A stretch of 64,000 nucleotides of DNA, from NCBI RefSeq assembly GCF_036971445.1, contig NC_091476.1, positions 108,500,001 through 108,564,000 on the forward strand, read 5' to 3'. The stretch is from Narcine bancroftii (lineage: Eukaryota). The position numbers were made by a program, and so were the translations under genes. Of the stretch, positions 12,049 to 24,239 are shown piece after piece. The notes beneath the pieces were generated by a model, which saw nothing but the letters and a program-made list of their open reading frames with translations, did no database searches and was not told the DNA's origin. Numbering within the stretch: position 1 is the stretch's first letter; every line of letters starts with the position of its first letter.

Positions 12049-14269
12049 AATGCAGAGCTTTCATAAAGCATTCATAGATTTGCCAATGAATAATCGAATC
12101 AGATTCTTCAATTATAATCTGTACAACATAATGAAAATATGCACTAAATTTAGTATTTTTTACACAAATTTGCATCTGCTTATTGAATTATTGAAAGCTG
12201 AAATAGGAACAACATTCAATGGAAAATTGCATTGCAACTTTCTGTTGAAACACAGTTTTGAAAAAAGGCACTAGACAAAAGTGCTGGAGAAACTCAGCAG
12301 GTCATGCAGCATTCATGGGAAAAAAAAGGTGTATAACCAACATTTTGGGTCTGAGCACTTTATCAAGTTGTGAACAGAAACCAGACAGGCACCTGAATAA
12401 TTACAATGCATAACAATAGAGGCAGACTTTGCTGTTTAACTTTGTATTTCCTGTGGATAGTGCCTGAGAAGGCAGGTGTTGGTCTCAGAGTTCCCACTGA
12501 AATGTACAACCCCATGACAGTTTTAGGTTGGTTGACCTAAAAGTTCTTGATCAACTTAGAGCACATTAGGAATTTTTGAATCCAATTAATAGAAAAAGAA
12601 AAAAAAAACAATCGTTCTGGAAATCTGAGCACCATCAACCTGAAATGTTATATTTCTCTCTCCACAGATACTGAATATCTTCAACAGGTGGAGCTGCTAT
12701 CAACTTCTGGGAAGGATCAACATTTTTATAGCACTTTCTGTGACAGCAGGAGATTCCAGAATGGTTTACTCCTTACAATGTAATTTATGGAGAAAAGAAA
12801 GCAGCCAATTTGCTCACAGCAAGGTTACACAGACATGAGTGTGATAAATGACAAACAGTTGCCTAGAAACTATAATATTTTCATATTACCAGAACAACAT
12901 GACAGTGAGTAGCTTTTCTTTGCTCAAGTCAATGGGTGTCATTTATAAGAGTTTATTTGTGGACTAATTGATCACTTGGGCAGTCAGACAAACCTAGTCA
13001 CAAGATGCCTGTTATCAGGCCTGATAGATTTTAGCAGCAATGCATTCGCATTCTTAATCCATTCCTAGGAATAATATTAAACATTTAACATCATTAATGA
13101 GATACAATGGCAATTGACCAAAAGCTGAGTCAAAGAGGAGGGAAAGTTTAGGGTAACTGCTGCAGGCTACGGCTAAGCTGGGGTGATGAAAATTGATCTT
13201 GCTATAAGAGCCCAGATCTGCTGGCAGCACTGCTCCTTGTTGACCCCTCCCAAGTTTGGAAGGAATCAACCATATGGAATAAGATAGAATTTCAGCTGGT
13301 CCACAGTCTTCAGTGTTAAATCCTCCCAGTAAAATTAAGGTCTTAGCAGGACCTGATGTAATAACTCCACAACCAAAAAGAGAGCTACAGATTATGAAAC
13401 ATCATAAATTCCCCAGAAGACATAAAAACAGTTAGTCCCTTTGAAGAATGGACTACAGGAATCCCTGTAAAATCGACGACCCTTAGAGTGGATGAGCCAA
13501 GGAAGAGCCCATGAACAGGATAGCCCCAGGTTTAGTTCCACTCTGGTTTCCCAAAGATAGAAAAATTGGGGAAGGAAGGGAATGATGGAGAGGAGGTAAG
13601 GTACAATTCATATCTGCTTTAAAATCTCTTTATTTCAGATGTCAGCTTTGACAGGAATTCATGTTTAATTCCTTCTTTAGAGACTTTGTTAAGGCATACA
13701 ATGATTATCTCTCACTCAGGAGAAGATATTAATTCAGGGAGAACAATTGGTATATTTATTTGAATTGTAGCCCTTGGTAGCTTTCCTGGAGGAAGGATGG
13801 TGACCAGAGATGAAGACATTTTCTCATATAGGCTGAGCCAGGGCTGGCATTTCATTTCACCCTCTGTCTGAGCATCAGAGTACTGAAAGAGTTCACACCA
13901 ACAATCTCTCGCAGAACACAGCACACAAATATTTTATGTGCAATGATCGCCATAGTCTAAAAATAATAAATATGTAAACCATGGAAATTGGGAAGCAATG
14001 AAGGTATTGCAATCTGAATAGAACATTCAAATGTTCCAAGATTAGATGCAACCCTTTTTAATTGTTTTGCAATAAGATTGAGAGACATCTATTTTGTGGT
14101 ACGTTTTCATTGTGTTGAAGCTATTTCAGACTCTTCCTTTCCCCCCCCCCCCCCCCCCCCTACACTTCCTCCCCAGTCTATTCACCCCTCTTCCCCCCTC
14201 CCCTTCGTTGATTCTGTGCGTATTTTCGCTAGAACGCTTATAAAATGTAATGAATGGTTTGCAACTTAC

Positions 14270-14339
14270 CCCAGTCGCCGGACAGCAACATCAGCCCAAT
14301 CAAGCCGAAATGAAGAGCCGGGGTGGCTGTTCGTTTCAT
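14270..14339 (-). CDS. SCN2B: Sodium channel beta-2 subunit, coding exon 1 (signal peptide MKRTATPALHFGLIGLMLLSGDW)
   Basis: ATG at 14339, 70 coding nt, then a G|gtaagt donor (phase 1). The size matches human SCN2B exon 1 as I recall it. It splices in frame to 278-444 and lies in CpG-richer sequence. Confidence 0.85.
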
Positions 14340-14700
14340 TGTGAATTTCCCAAAGATGGAGACCCTGGATGGTGATGGAGAAGGAAGGAGCGGTGCTGAA
14401 GCGAGGTACGGACCTCTCAGCTCGGCAGAGGATTTGGGGGTGGGGGGGGGGGGGATTTGGGTCCGAGTGTTCAATATGGCTGGATGTGTGTAGGCACGGG
14501 TGGAAAGGGGTTCATTCTGAGCTGTGGAGGAGGCGAGAGGCAAGAACAATTCTATTTACTGAGCAATGAAATGCAGTGCGGGGCGCAGGCTGGAAAAACC
14601 TGGTAGAAAGCAACACGTCTGCAAACTGGGTCCGTTTGCGAACGGGCTATGCTGTGTCCGGGAGCTCCCATTGTTTAACTCTGCACATATTGCATCTCCA
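14340..14700 (-). promoter_or_regulatory. Putative SCN2B 5'UTR/proximal promoter
   Basis: CpG-enriched relative to the AT-rich flanks, directly upstream of the ATG, with a GGGCG motif near 14580. Confidence 0.45.
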
Positions 14701-17551
14701 TATTTGGGCTCTTGACCTGATTTGAAAAATAACCATTGAAACCGTACCAATATTGATATTGATGTCCATATTCATACATAGAAAGGTTATGTTGATGGGG
14801 TTAAATGCAGGGTGTGGGTAAAGAGATCATTTGTCGTGTCGTATTTTATACATTTTGAAATGAATATAAGCGAACTAATTATTTTCCTTTCCATTGAGAA
14901 TTATTCTTTGTATATTCGTTTATGAAGCCCTTCTCTCAACGTATGGAGCATAGCTGGTCCCTTTTGTCCGGGATCTTAATTCCATACAGTATTTGGAATG
15001 TTCTTCCTCCCACTCTACATTGGTCACGTTCCCCCCCTTCCATAGTCTTCACCTGCTTATTCCACCAACCCCACTCATCAGTAGAGCCAACTCCGCTTCT
15101 TTGCGGGTATGTAAATCATTGCAGAAGTGGATACATCCAAGTACCATCCTGTGCATTCTGTATGGCTCGTTCTATAATTGATACTAAAGTGACTGACTGT
15201 GCCTTTGTACAGATTTAACCTCATTGACTTTATGTGGCCCATTTATTAGAATTGGCCATTTTAATGATTACCAACAGTTTTGTACAGTATAAGAACTCAT
15301 GATAATCCATGCCATTTCCCTCCACTGTCTAATTCCGATCACTTGTTTTTCTTCCCCAAATGTCTTGTGTCCCATGACAATTTCCATTTCCCTCCTATCT
15401 GCAATTTCGGTAATGTCAGTCTCCTCACAGTTGAAATCCACCTGCTTCCCACAAAAGATCATTCAATTCAATGCTCTTTATTCCTAAATCAAGTCCAGAG
15501 CAATAGAAAGATACAGCTTCCATCATACAAAGCTAACTGACAACTCAGTCCCATTTGTGATGGTCAGAGATGCAAAACACCAACTGTTGTCCTTTCCACT
15601 GTCGCTACTGTCTTGCTGAATTTTGTGAACATTTTTTAAAAACCTGTAATATATTGAAATTGTTTGGCTTTGATTTGACTCTTTAAGTTGATGGTCATTA
15701 CAGTTCAATTCTCATTAATAATGGATTTGGCCAAAATCATTTGGGTCCTCTTCCAAAATATAGTGTAAATAATTAATAGTTCTCCCCAGCCTTTTCCATT
15801 CACATGGTCAGACCTCAGTAACCTGCCCACCATGTTTCCCAATAATTATTTACAGAATCATTTCCTTTTCGATAATTATAACCTTATTGTTCTCGATATG
15901 CCCTTGCTCTCACTCCAGCCATTATCTATAAACCAGAAATTCTGATTGCTGAGATACATTGATTTATCTAAACCAGAAATCTGACAGCAACAAATGGCAT
16001 CAGTATCAATGTACTTGAAAGACAGAGATACTGCCTTTGATTGCTGTCCAGTTAGAAAGTTATTGGAAAGGAAGGTATCCAGAAAAGTTATTTATGGTGC
16101 AGCAGAGAGCAGTCTCAGACAAGAGGTTTGCATTCATCCTGTTCTAGAGATGAGGAAAAACACTTCCAGTGTTATTGTGAGGTGGTGCTACACTATCAGG
16201 CATGTCATCTTGTAGACCCAATTATAAAATTAGGACATTTCCTACACATTCATGTGAACATAAATGATGTCAAGACCCAACAGGCAGGGAAATGGGCTTT
16301 TCCCTTTCATGTAAACCCCTTGCTTATTAACCTTTGTTGACTTCTGTTTAAAGAAAGTCTTGATTTTAACATCTTAACTCTTGTCATTAAATTCTTATAC
16401 GACTGCAAAGCTTCCTATTTTTTTCATATGTGCAATCTCTACCTGCCAAGAATCTTCTAAGATAACTGCAGTTCACTGGAATTCCGAATACTTGGTGCCT
16501 GGCAAAACCATTTTCTCCCCAATTAAAAAATAGAACATTACAGATCAGGCCCTTCAGCCCACAATGTTGTGCTGACCTATATATTCCTACCTAAAAGCAA
16601 TTAAAATGCAACTTGTCTCTTTAACCAAACTTTTGGCATGAAACATGGCAGTTCATGTTTTACTTTGATAGATAGTGTTCATGTGAAAAGCTTTGATATA
16701 TTTTAAAGCATGTCACAGTTTTTGTGTCCTAGCCAATACCTATGGTGGATTCAGAATTATTGAGGTGTAGATTATTTGACCTTATCACAGACAGTTTTTT
16801 GTACAGAAAGTTTATATATCACAGCAATGCATAAATTTCAAATGTTCTTCTTTGATGATCAAATAGATTAAATGAAGCAAGGTTAAAATGAGTGTCACAT
16901 AACAGGAAGTATTTCCCTTCTGGTAGGAGAGACATCTAAAGACAAATGGCTATAAACCAGCCCTGACATTAATAAAAACCTTTCCTCTTTGAGGTCTACA
17001 CTCACAATCCACATAGGTTGAGACAACAATGGAAAAACTATATCACAAAACAATTTTAATGAGTGCCAGCAGGATACCGTTACTTGTTTTAAAATGCCCA
17101 ATGGAATAGGAAGTGGATTGGAAAATGTTATTGTAATATATACAAACTTGAGTTAACTTGCTCTCTCTCCAAATTCTACACAATAAAATAACTATTTTTG
17201 ACACTTTTTAGAGATGAAAATCACTCTAAAGAAATAGATGAAACACAAAGCATTAATTCATCCATAATTATTTCTTTGCAAATACCATCATAAATGTTTG
17301 TAAAAATTGCCCCCAAAAGTGCTTGAATTTTTTTTAAAGCAGTAAAACAGAACTGGTCTGACTCAAAGTGACGAAAATGAAATACAAAAGTTTGAGGAAC
17401 TAGGGTTTAGAACTAGACCTGACAGGTGTATTCTTGAAAAATTGTTGGTACGTTTCCTCAGAGACAAAAATAATTAATGAATAACACCTCAAAGATCCAA
17501 CAATCAACAAGAAAATGTAAGGATGAAACACTAGACTTGATAGGCATATTC

Positions 17552-18143
17552 TTTTTTTTTAAATTTTTTTTATTTTTCACACTATGAACCATACTGACCA
17601 AAATACACACAAACATTTCCCTCTTGAATATACAGTGTCATTTTCTCCCCTTTTCCCCCCTCCCTCCTTCACCCCCCTCCACACCCACTCAACGTTCAAC
17701 ATATATGATACATTAAACCCATTAAACAATGTCATCACACAATGAAAATAAACAAAAAATTTGTGTCTTCTACTTTTACATACTGGGTCAGTTCATTTCT
17801 TCTCCTTCTGTCATTTTAGGTGGTGGAGGTCTGCGGTACGGTTCCCAAATTTGTTCGAATACTGTGGTGTTATTTCTTAAATTATATGTTATTTTTTTCC
17901 AATGGAATATATTTATTTATTTCTATGCACCATTGCTGTATTCTCAGGCTATCTTCTAATTTCCAGGTTGACATAATACATTTTTTTGCTACAGCTAGGG
18001 CTATCATAATAAATCTTTTTTGTGCTCCGTCCATCGCTGGGTTTTTTGGTATGTTGCTTTTTGTGATTTTATTTAATACCTGGTTTAGGCATATTCTTGA
18101 TGTATTATTGTTGTATGATCGGATTAGGAAGCTGGTTGTCTGA
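17552..18143 (-). mobile_element. L1/Tx1-like LINE 3' fragment, internally deleted
   Basis: Poly-T at the left end (A tail on minus) and remnants of the ORF2 C-terminus (AQKRFIMIALAVAKKCIMSTWK...WEP). Confidence 0.7.
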
Positions 18144-18589
18144 TTTCTTGGTTCCTAAGAATGCATGCTAGAGACAAAGGAAGATAATGTATGAAATAAG
18201 ATAAGGCCAGTGATAATAGAATCAAATCAACTCTATCTTAAATGATGTTTGGGTTAATTATTGTTAATCACAATAAATGATCATGCACTTCCAAGACATA
18301 AATTATGAATAAATTCCAAATGACCTTGAGTAAGAAAATTGTGGAATTTTCAATTGCTACACAACTTTAGCATTGTGTGTACACTTTGAACTACAAATTA
18401 CATGATCTAAGTAGTAATCCAAGGAGCCATTTCACATTCCATTGACATCACACTATATCAATGGGAATGTGTGTAAATTGCTGCCACAAATAAATGGCTA
18501 AATTAAAAACAAACCAATTAAACTGAACAAAAAGTGAGAAACCCTTTGGTTCTGGTGATTAGATAAAGGAAGTGCAAGGACTGAAGAGT

Positions 18590-18990
18590 ATGTGTATGGT
18601 ATTATATGGCTGTTACTGGAATGTTATCCAGAGGATTGGATTATTGATGGAGACATTAATTTGATTCCCACCACATAAGTCAGTGAATTTAATTCCAAGT
18701 GCTTAAACAAATATGAAGTAAAAAAGTTAGTATTGGTAACGGGGGCAATGAAACTACTGGATTATTGTAAAAATCCACTCTGTTTATCAGCTTCCTTCAG
18801 GGAAGAAATTCCAGCATCCTTACTTGGTCTGGACCTACCTCCCTCTGAATGGCTGAGCGTGCCTTGATGTTGTGTGAAGCCATGTACATACTCTGACAAT
18901 AAAATTGAACTTTCAAGCCACTCAAAATGTGGCAGTTAGGCATGGATAGTCCTAAGTGTAATGACTACATACCAGGAATGAATGTTTTTA
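18590..18990 (+). mobile_element. Old elasmobranch tRNA-SINE remnant
   Basis: Recalled motifs CCTTCAGGGAAGAAATTCC..CCTTACTTGGTCTGGACCTAC. Confidence 0.5.
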
Positions 18991-19222
18991 AAACATATAC
19001 CCAATTGTGCATCAAGATAGAGCTACTGTACAAAGCATGAATTTCAGTGAGACAAGCTAAGTCAGAGAAAGTTAAGTGGAATTAGCTGCCATCATAAATC
19101 CACCAGCTCTGAGTCTCTGTCCAACAATTAGAGGGTAAGAAATGTAAATTACTGCATAATCAGTTACAAGAGAATAAATGTCTCTAATTCAATAAAGCTG
19201 TTCTAACTCCACTTGTATCAAA

Positions 19223-19270
19223 TCAAATCGTTGTCACGCTATCCTTAGAAGTTTGTGGATGAGTGTTATA
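19223..19270 (-). CDS. JAML: JAML-like gene, candidate terminal coding exon (YNTHPQTSKDSVTTI*)
   Basis: ttcttcctcaag acceptor, phase 0, 15 codons plus TGA. It is the best acceptor I found downstream of the YVTM exon. Confidence 0.5.
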   Translation of the reverse strand, partial: YNTHPQTSKDSVTTI

Positions 19271-19714
19271 CTTGAGGAAGAATTCAAAATTCAGGCCAGA
19301 ACTCCAGTTCATTTTGCGGGAGTGCCTTCTTCTGCCTGAGGTGTTAAAATGATGCCCCAATTACCTTTCATTAGGGAAGAATCATTCTGAAAAGCAAGAA
19401 TTGTCTTTGGTGTTTACCTATGTATCCTCAGAATGGACAAATAAATTATTCCTCACACCTGAAATTGCAATCCCTTTTGGATGGTTCTGGAGTATCTATG
19501 ATTTAAATATTAACCACTTTGAGGAACATCTTGATTTTGCAGAAAAAAAAAGCTTTGAGGTAATTTCAATGAAATGCTTAAGATGACAGAGGTATGTAAA
19601 AAGAAAAGAAAAGCTGATCTGCATAAATTGTTGTTTAAATTCCAGAGAACATAAAGATAAGGGAGCTGAGGAATAAAAAGATACAGCATAGGAAACTTGT
19701 ATAAATTGTAATTA

Positions 19715-20464
19715 AATGGAGACAAGCTAGGGAGTGGGGAAGTGCAAATGGATCTGGGTGTACTTGTTCACCGGTCACTGAAGGCTAGCATGCAGGTTCA
19801 GAAAGCTGTGAAGAAGCCAAATGGAATGTTGGCTTTCATAAAGAGGGGATTGGAGTATAGGAACAGAGACGCCCTTCTGCAGTTATTCAGGGCCCTGGTG
19901 AGACCCCACCTGGAGTATTGCGTCCAGTTCTGGTCTCCAAACTTGAGGAAGGACATACTAGCTATAGAGGGTGTGCAGCGCAGATTTACAAGGTTAGTTC
20001 CAGGGATGGCAGGGTTGTCATATGCAGCAAGGCTAGAAAAACTGGACTTGTATCCATTGGAGTTTAGAAGGATGAGGGGGGACATGATTGAGGTATATAA
20101 AATCATCAGGGGGATAGACAAGGTGAAGTCTGATTACTTGTTCCCAATGATGGGGGAGACGAGGACTAGAGGGCATAGTTTAAGAATACAGGGTAGGCCC
20201 TTTAGGACGGAGATGAGAAAGCATTTTTTTACCCAAAGAAGTGTGAATCTGTGGAATGCTCTGCCACAGAGGGTGGTAGAGGCGGATTTGCTGACTATGT
20301 TCAAAAGAGAGTTAGATAAGACTCTTGTGGGTAACGGAGTTAAGGGTTATGGGGATAAGGCTGGAAAGGGGTACTGATGGTAATGATCAGCCATGATCTA
20401 AAATGGCGGTGCTGGCCCAACGGGCCAAATGGCCTACTCCAGCTCCTATTGTCTATTGTCTATT
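19715..20464 (+). mobile_element. CR1 LINE 3' end
   Basis: 211-aa open ORF2 C-terminus (LVRPHLEYCVQFWSP, TRGHSLR, FFTQR..NLWNALP) and a (CTATTGT)n tail. Confidence 0.92.
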
Positions 20465-20821
20465 AATGTTCATTCAACCTATTAGGCTTTTGGATTGCAC
20501 AATATAAATAATTTTGAAGAAACCTCAAGTCCATTTTGGAGAAGGAAATTTGAAGGACTCGATTGAGGTGCTAAATTTGATTGAATGAGATGGGTGAGAT
20601 TGTAAGAAAATGTACCATGGGTGAGTATGATCCATAGATAAAGTGGGTAGGTGACGTTGTGAGTCTCAGTAGGAAGGTGGGATGAGAAATATGATGGCAA
20701 TATGAGGAAATGGAATTGGAATCGTCTAATGGTCAGCATCTTTTACCAAAGTATCTACACACTGGGTGCACCCAATGGATGGATAACATCAAAGCCACCC
20801 CTGTATGTTTAACGACCTTAC

Positions 20822-20944
20822 CATTGTTACATAGATTTCATTATCATCTTTTGGTTCTTTCATTTTCTTCTCCTCCATGGGTGCATTTTCTCTGTCGCTC
20901 TGAAGTGCTAATTGGCTGGATACAGTGAAGTAACAGTCCTTTTC
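20822..20944 (-). CDS. JAML: JAML-like gene, cytoplasmic exon ending in a YxxM motif
   Basis: 123 nt, phase 0/0, encoding EKDCYFTVSSQLALQSDRENAPMEEKKMKEPKDDNEIYVTM then |gtaagg. Parallels human EKHIYSPI...EATYMTM. Confidence 0.75.
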
Positions 20945-21449
20945 CTATGAATAGATTTGATTAATTAACTGTTTTTCCTTCCTTCAAATTCTATTTTCTT
21001 CTGGCCCTGACTTGATTTGCTTCTTGAGTGAAGGCAGCAGGGGACTTGTTAGTGTGGGCCAGGGCGGTGCTGGGTCCTATCAGTAGCTTCTCCTTATGGC
21101 AGCTGGGGTCAAATTAGATGCGCACATTTGATTTATGATTATTGTGAAAACACAATGCTGGAGAAATACAGCAAATCAAACAGTTTATATAGCAAGAATA
21201 AAGATATGTACCCTTCATCAAGGTAAGAGCAAAAATAAAGTACCTGTGCACAGTTTGACCTGCTGAGTTTCTCCAGCATTGTGTTTTTACTTCAATCACA
21301 GTGTCTGCAGACGTTCATGTTTTACTCCTGTTTAAATAGATTGTAAATACAATATATAACCTCTGTTATTATTCTGATTTATATTTGAAGTATTGTCATG
21401 GGCTCATCCATACCACTTAATATTTATTCATTGAATGGCAGTCACTTGA

Positions 21450-22640
21450 ACAGAGAAACCTTGGGGTATAAGTAGATACTTCCCTGAAAACTAGAACACC
21501 GGTAGTTGCACTTTCCTTCATGAGCCATGGTATTGAACGGACACATCATGCTACAGCTGTATAAAAGTTTGGTCAGGCTGGACTTGGAAAATTATGTGTA
21601 TTATCTGGTCACCACACTGCACAAAGGTCATGGTTAAGTAGAGAGGGTGCAGAAAAGATTCACGTGGCCTGAGTTGGAGGGCTTGAGTTATTGGGAGAGT
21701 TTGGATGGAATACTATAGCACAGAAACAGGTCCTTCAGCCTAGCCCCACTAACCTGCACCCAGTCCACAGCCCTCCATACCCCTGCCATCCATGTACCTG
21801 CCCAAATTCTTCTGAAATGTTAAAATTGAGCCTGCAATCATCACTTCACCTGGCAGCTTGTTCCATACTCCCTCCACTCTCTGTGTGAAGACGACCCCTC
21901 ATGTTCCCCTTAAACTTCTCCCTTTCACCTTTAACCCATGTGCTTTGGATGGTATATCACCAATACTCAGTGGAAAAAGCCTACCTACTTTTATTCTGTA
22001 AATACCCCTCATAATTTCAAATACCTCTAACAAATCTCCCCTCATTCTCCTATGCTGCAGGGAATAAAATCCTAACCTGTTTAATCTTTCCCTGTAACTC
22101 AGTTCCTGAAGTCCCAGCAACATCCTAGTAAATCTTCTCTGCACTCCTTCAAACTTATTGACATCTTTTGTGTAGTTACGTGACCAAAACTGCACACAGT
22201 ACTCCAAATTGGGCCTCACCATGTCTTGTACAACCTTATCTACCTGTGATGCCACTTTCAGGGATGAGTTTGGGTCTATTTTTCTCTAGAGTGTTGAGGG
22301 CAGATGTGATAGACAAGTAAAATTATGAAAGACCTAGATCGGGCATATAATTAATGTCTATTGTCCAGGGAAGGGTGTCTAAATTTTCAGGACATGGGTC
22401 GAAGATGAGTGGAAGAAGGTTTAAAGGGGACAAGAGGGGTAAATTTTTCACTTGGAGTAGTTGATTTCTGGAATGAGCAGCCAGAGGAGCCGGTGGAGGC
22501 AAGAACCATATTAACATTTAAGAGGCATCTGAATGGGTACTGAGCATAGAGGGCTATGGAATTATTGCAATCAGGTGGGACTAGTATAGAGAGGCATGAT
22601 GGTCAGCAATGATGCAGTGGGCTGAAAGGCCTGTTTCTAC
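21450..22640 (+). mobile_element. Old CR1 (+) interrupted by an antisense CR1 (~21710-22260, -)
   Basis: ORF 21899-22255 (-) is a CR1 ORF2 C-terminus. The flanking + strand CR1 sequence resumes after it. Confidence 0.75.
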
Positions 22641-23621
22641 ATGAAGTAGAACTGTTGTGTTTTCTGTAGAAATTAACCATGAAGTCGCTGAATTGTTGTG
22701 GATTGGTGGATGGTGAGGCTTCAGTGAACATATGTCAAGAACACTCAAGCTTTGTTCAGATGTTGGTCAAACTTTCAGAATCTGAGAATGTGACAGGGTA
22801 TTTAATGGACCAGATTTTATGCTGAAAACCCAAAGGATCTGTTGGCTTTTACTCACTTAACTGGGTGGAAGTTTGGAACTTTTAAATTAATCTGGTCGAT
22901 TTATACCGACATCTGAATTTGTGCAGTTAAATTTGTTTACAGTTCTTTCTTTCTTTGAGTACTGTTTATAGTTAGGCCAACAAAAAAAGAATCTCAGGGC
23001 TGTATGTGATGTCATATGTACTCTGACAATAAATTTGGATTTTGACATTGAATGTTGACTTTAATTGCTGGTGAACTTCTCAGAGATCTAACAGGTCACT
23101 GGAAATTTCTCAACATTCTGCTCTTGAGGCCAGGACTTCTCCGTGTCCTGTCCCAGGTAGTCTATCAGGTTGACTGAATTCAATGGAAAGAAGTGGGTGC
23201 AGAAGAATGGTATGTAATTTCTATTAAATTTGATTTAAATTGTTTAATTTAAATTTTAAAATTTAATTAACATTTTAAAATTAGACAAACAGCATGGTAA
23301 CAGGCCCTTCTGGCCCACGAGCCTGTGCTGCCCAAGAACAGCAATGAACCTACAACCCCAGTACATTTTGAGTTAGCTGAGTATGCTTATTTACTTTTTA
23401 ATTGGTCTCTAAAGTTTTTGAATGTGACTGCTGAATACATCGACAAACATTCAATTGTAATGGCATCTTTGGCGACTAGTAGGCTTGAGGTGACAAAATC
23501 ATAGAAAGTTGGCTTGACTGGATGATGACTTACAAATGATGGTAGCTTGCCAACCATTGGAAGATCCCTCTGCATGATAATAAATCTGGGCCTAATTGAT
23601 ATGTGTTAAAACAGCCCTTAC

Positions 23622-23676
23622 CTCAATGTTTTCAAGAGTTCCAGGATCATTCCTTCTAGGTGGATCACAGTGATCA
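23622..23676 (-). CDS. JAML: JAML-like gene, first cytoplasmic exon
   Basis: 55 nt, phase 2/0, with a strong ttttttcttccag acceptor and GAG|gtaagg donor. Encodes SDHCDPPRRNDPGTLENIE. Confidence 0.7.
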
Positions 23677-23763
23677 CTGGAAGAAAAAAGTTCAGCTTTG
23701 TACATTGTTTAAAAAGGTGGAATTATGCAATTGTGTTAAAATTTCTCTCCTGAAGGAGTATAC

Positions 23764-23917
23764 CTCTGACACTTTGGTGAATATTTCCAAATGAATACAA
23801 GGATTATAGATAATGCAATGAAGAAGGTGCAAATTCCGGCTGTTGTATACATGATAATATTCTTTGGTATCGCATCCTTGGACTCAGGAATCTGTAGGGC
23901 TCGCGAGCGATTGCTAT
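23764..23917 (-). CDS. JAML: JAML-like gene, stalk plus transmembrane exon
   Basis: 154 nt, phase 1/2 (ccctacag| ... AG|gtatac), encoding DSNRSRALQIPESKDAIPKNIIMYTTAGICTFFIALSIILVFIWKYSPKCQ. Confidence 0.8.
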
Positions 23918-24239
23918 CTGTAGGGATAAGAACTGCCAGTAATCAAAAATCCTTGAAATTTATCACATGGAGGAGCTATTGAGCCAATCATATTGACGGT
24001 GCCCAAGATACTTGGATGTAAAAGGAGCAAAAGTCCTCCAGAGGAAACCAGTGATTCAAGCTGCGCTGTGTAAATGTGAGCCTGCATTTTCCAATGTCAC
24101 TTCATTATAACATGGAGGAACCACTGTACATTCATGATTCCTGTAATTTGGAGACTTTAACCTAAGGATCTTTAATTGCCCGAGGGAATGTGTAAAATGA
24201 TGCAAGCCATCCTGGATGACACCCCAACCACTTTATTCA

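Noticed and set aside
14392-14400. REST/RE1 site (TTCAGCACC on minus) in the SCN2B 5'UTR
   Set aside because: Only the left half-site is present, with no properly placed GGACAG half.
15523-15643. Alternative JAML last exon (FLKNVHK...SVSFV)
   Set aside because: The long frame needs phase 2, but the preceding exon ends in phase 0.
23534-23569. 36-nt in-frame JAML exon RDLPMVGKLPSF
   Set aside because: It would need a 52-nt intron and has a poor pyrimidine tract.
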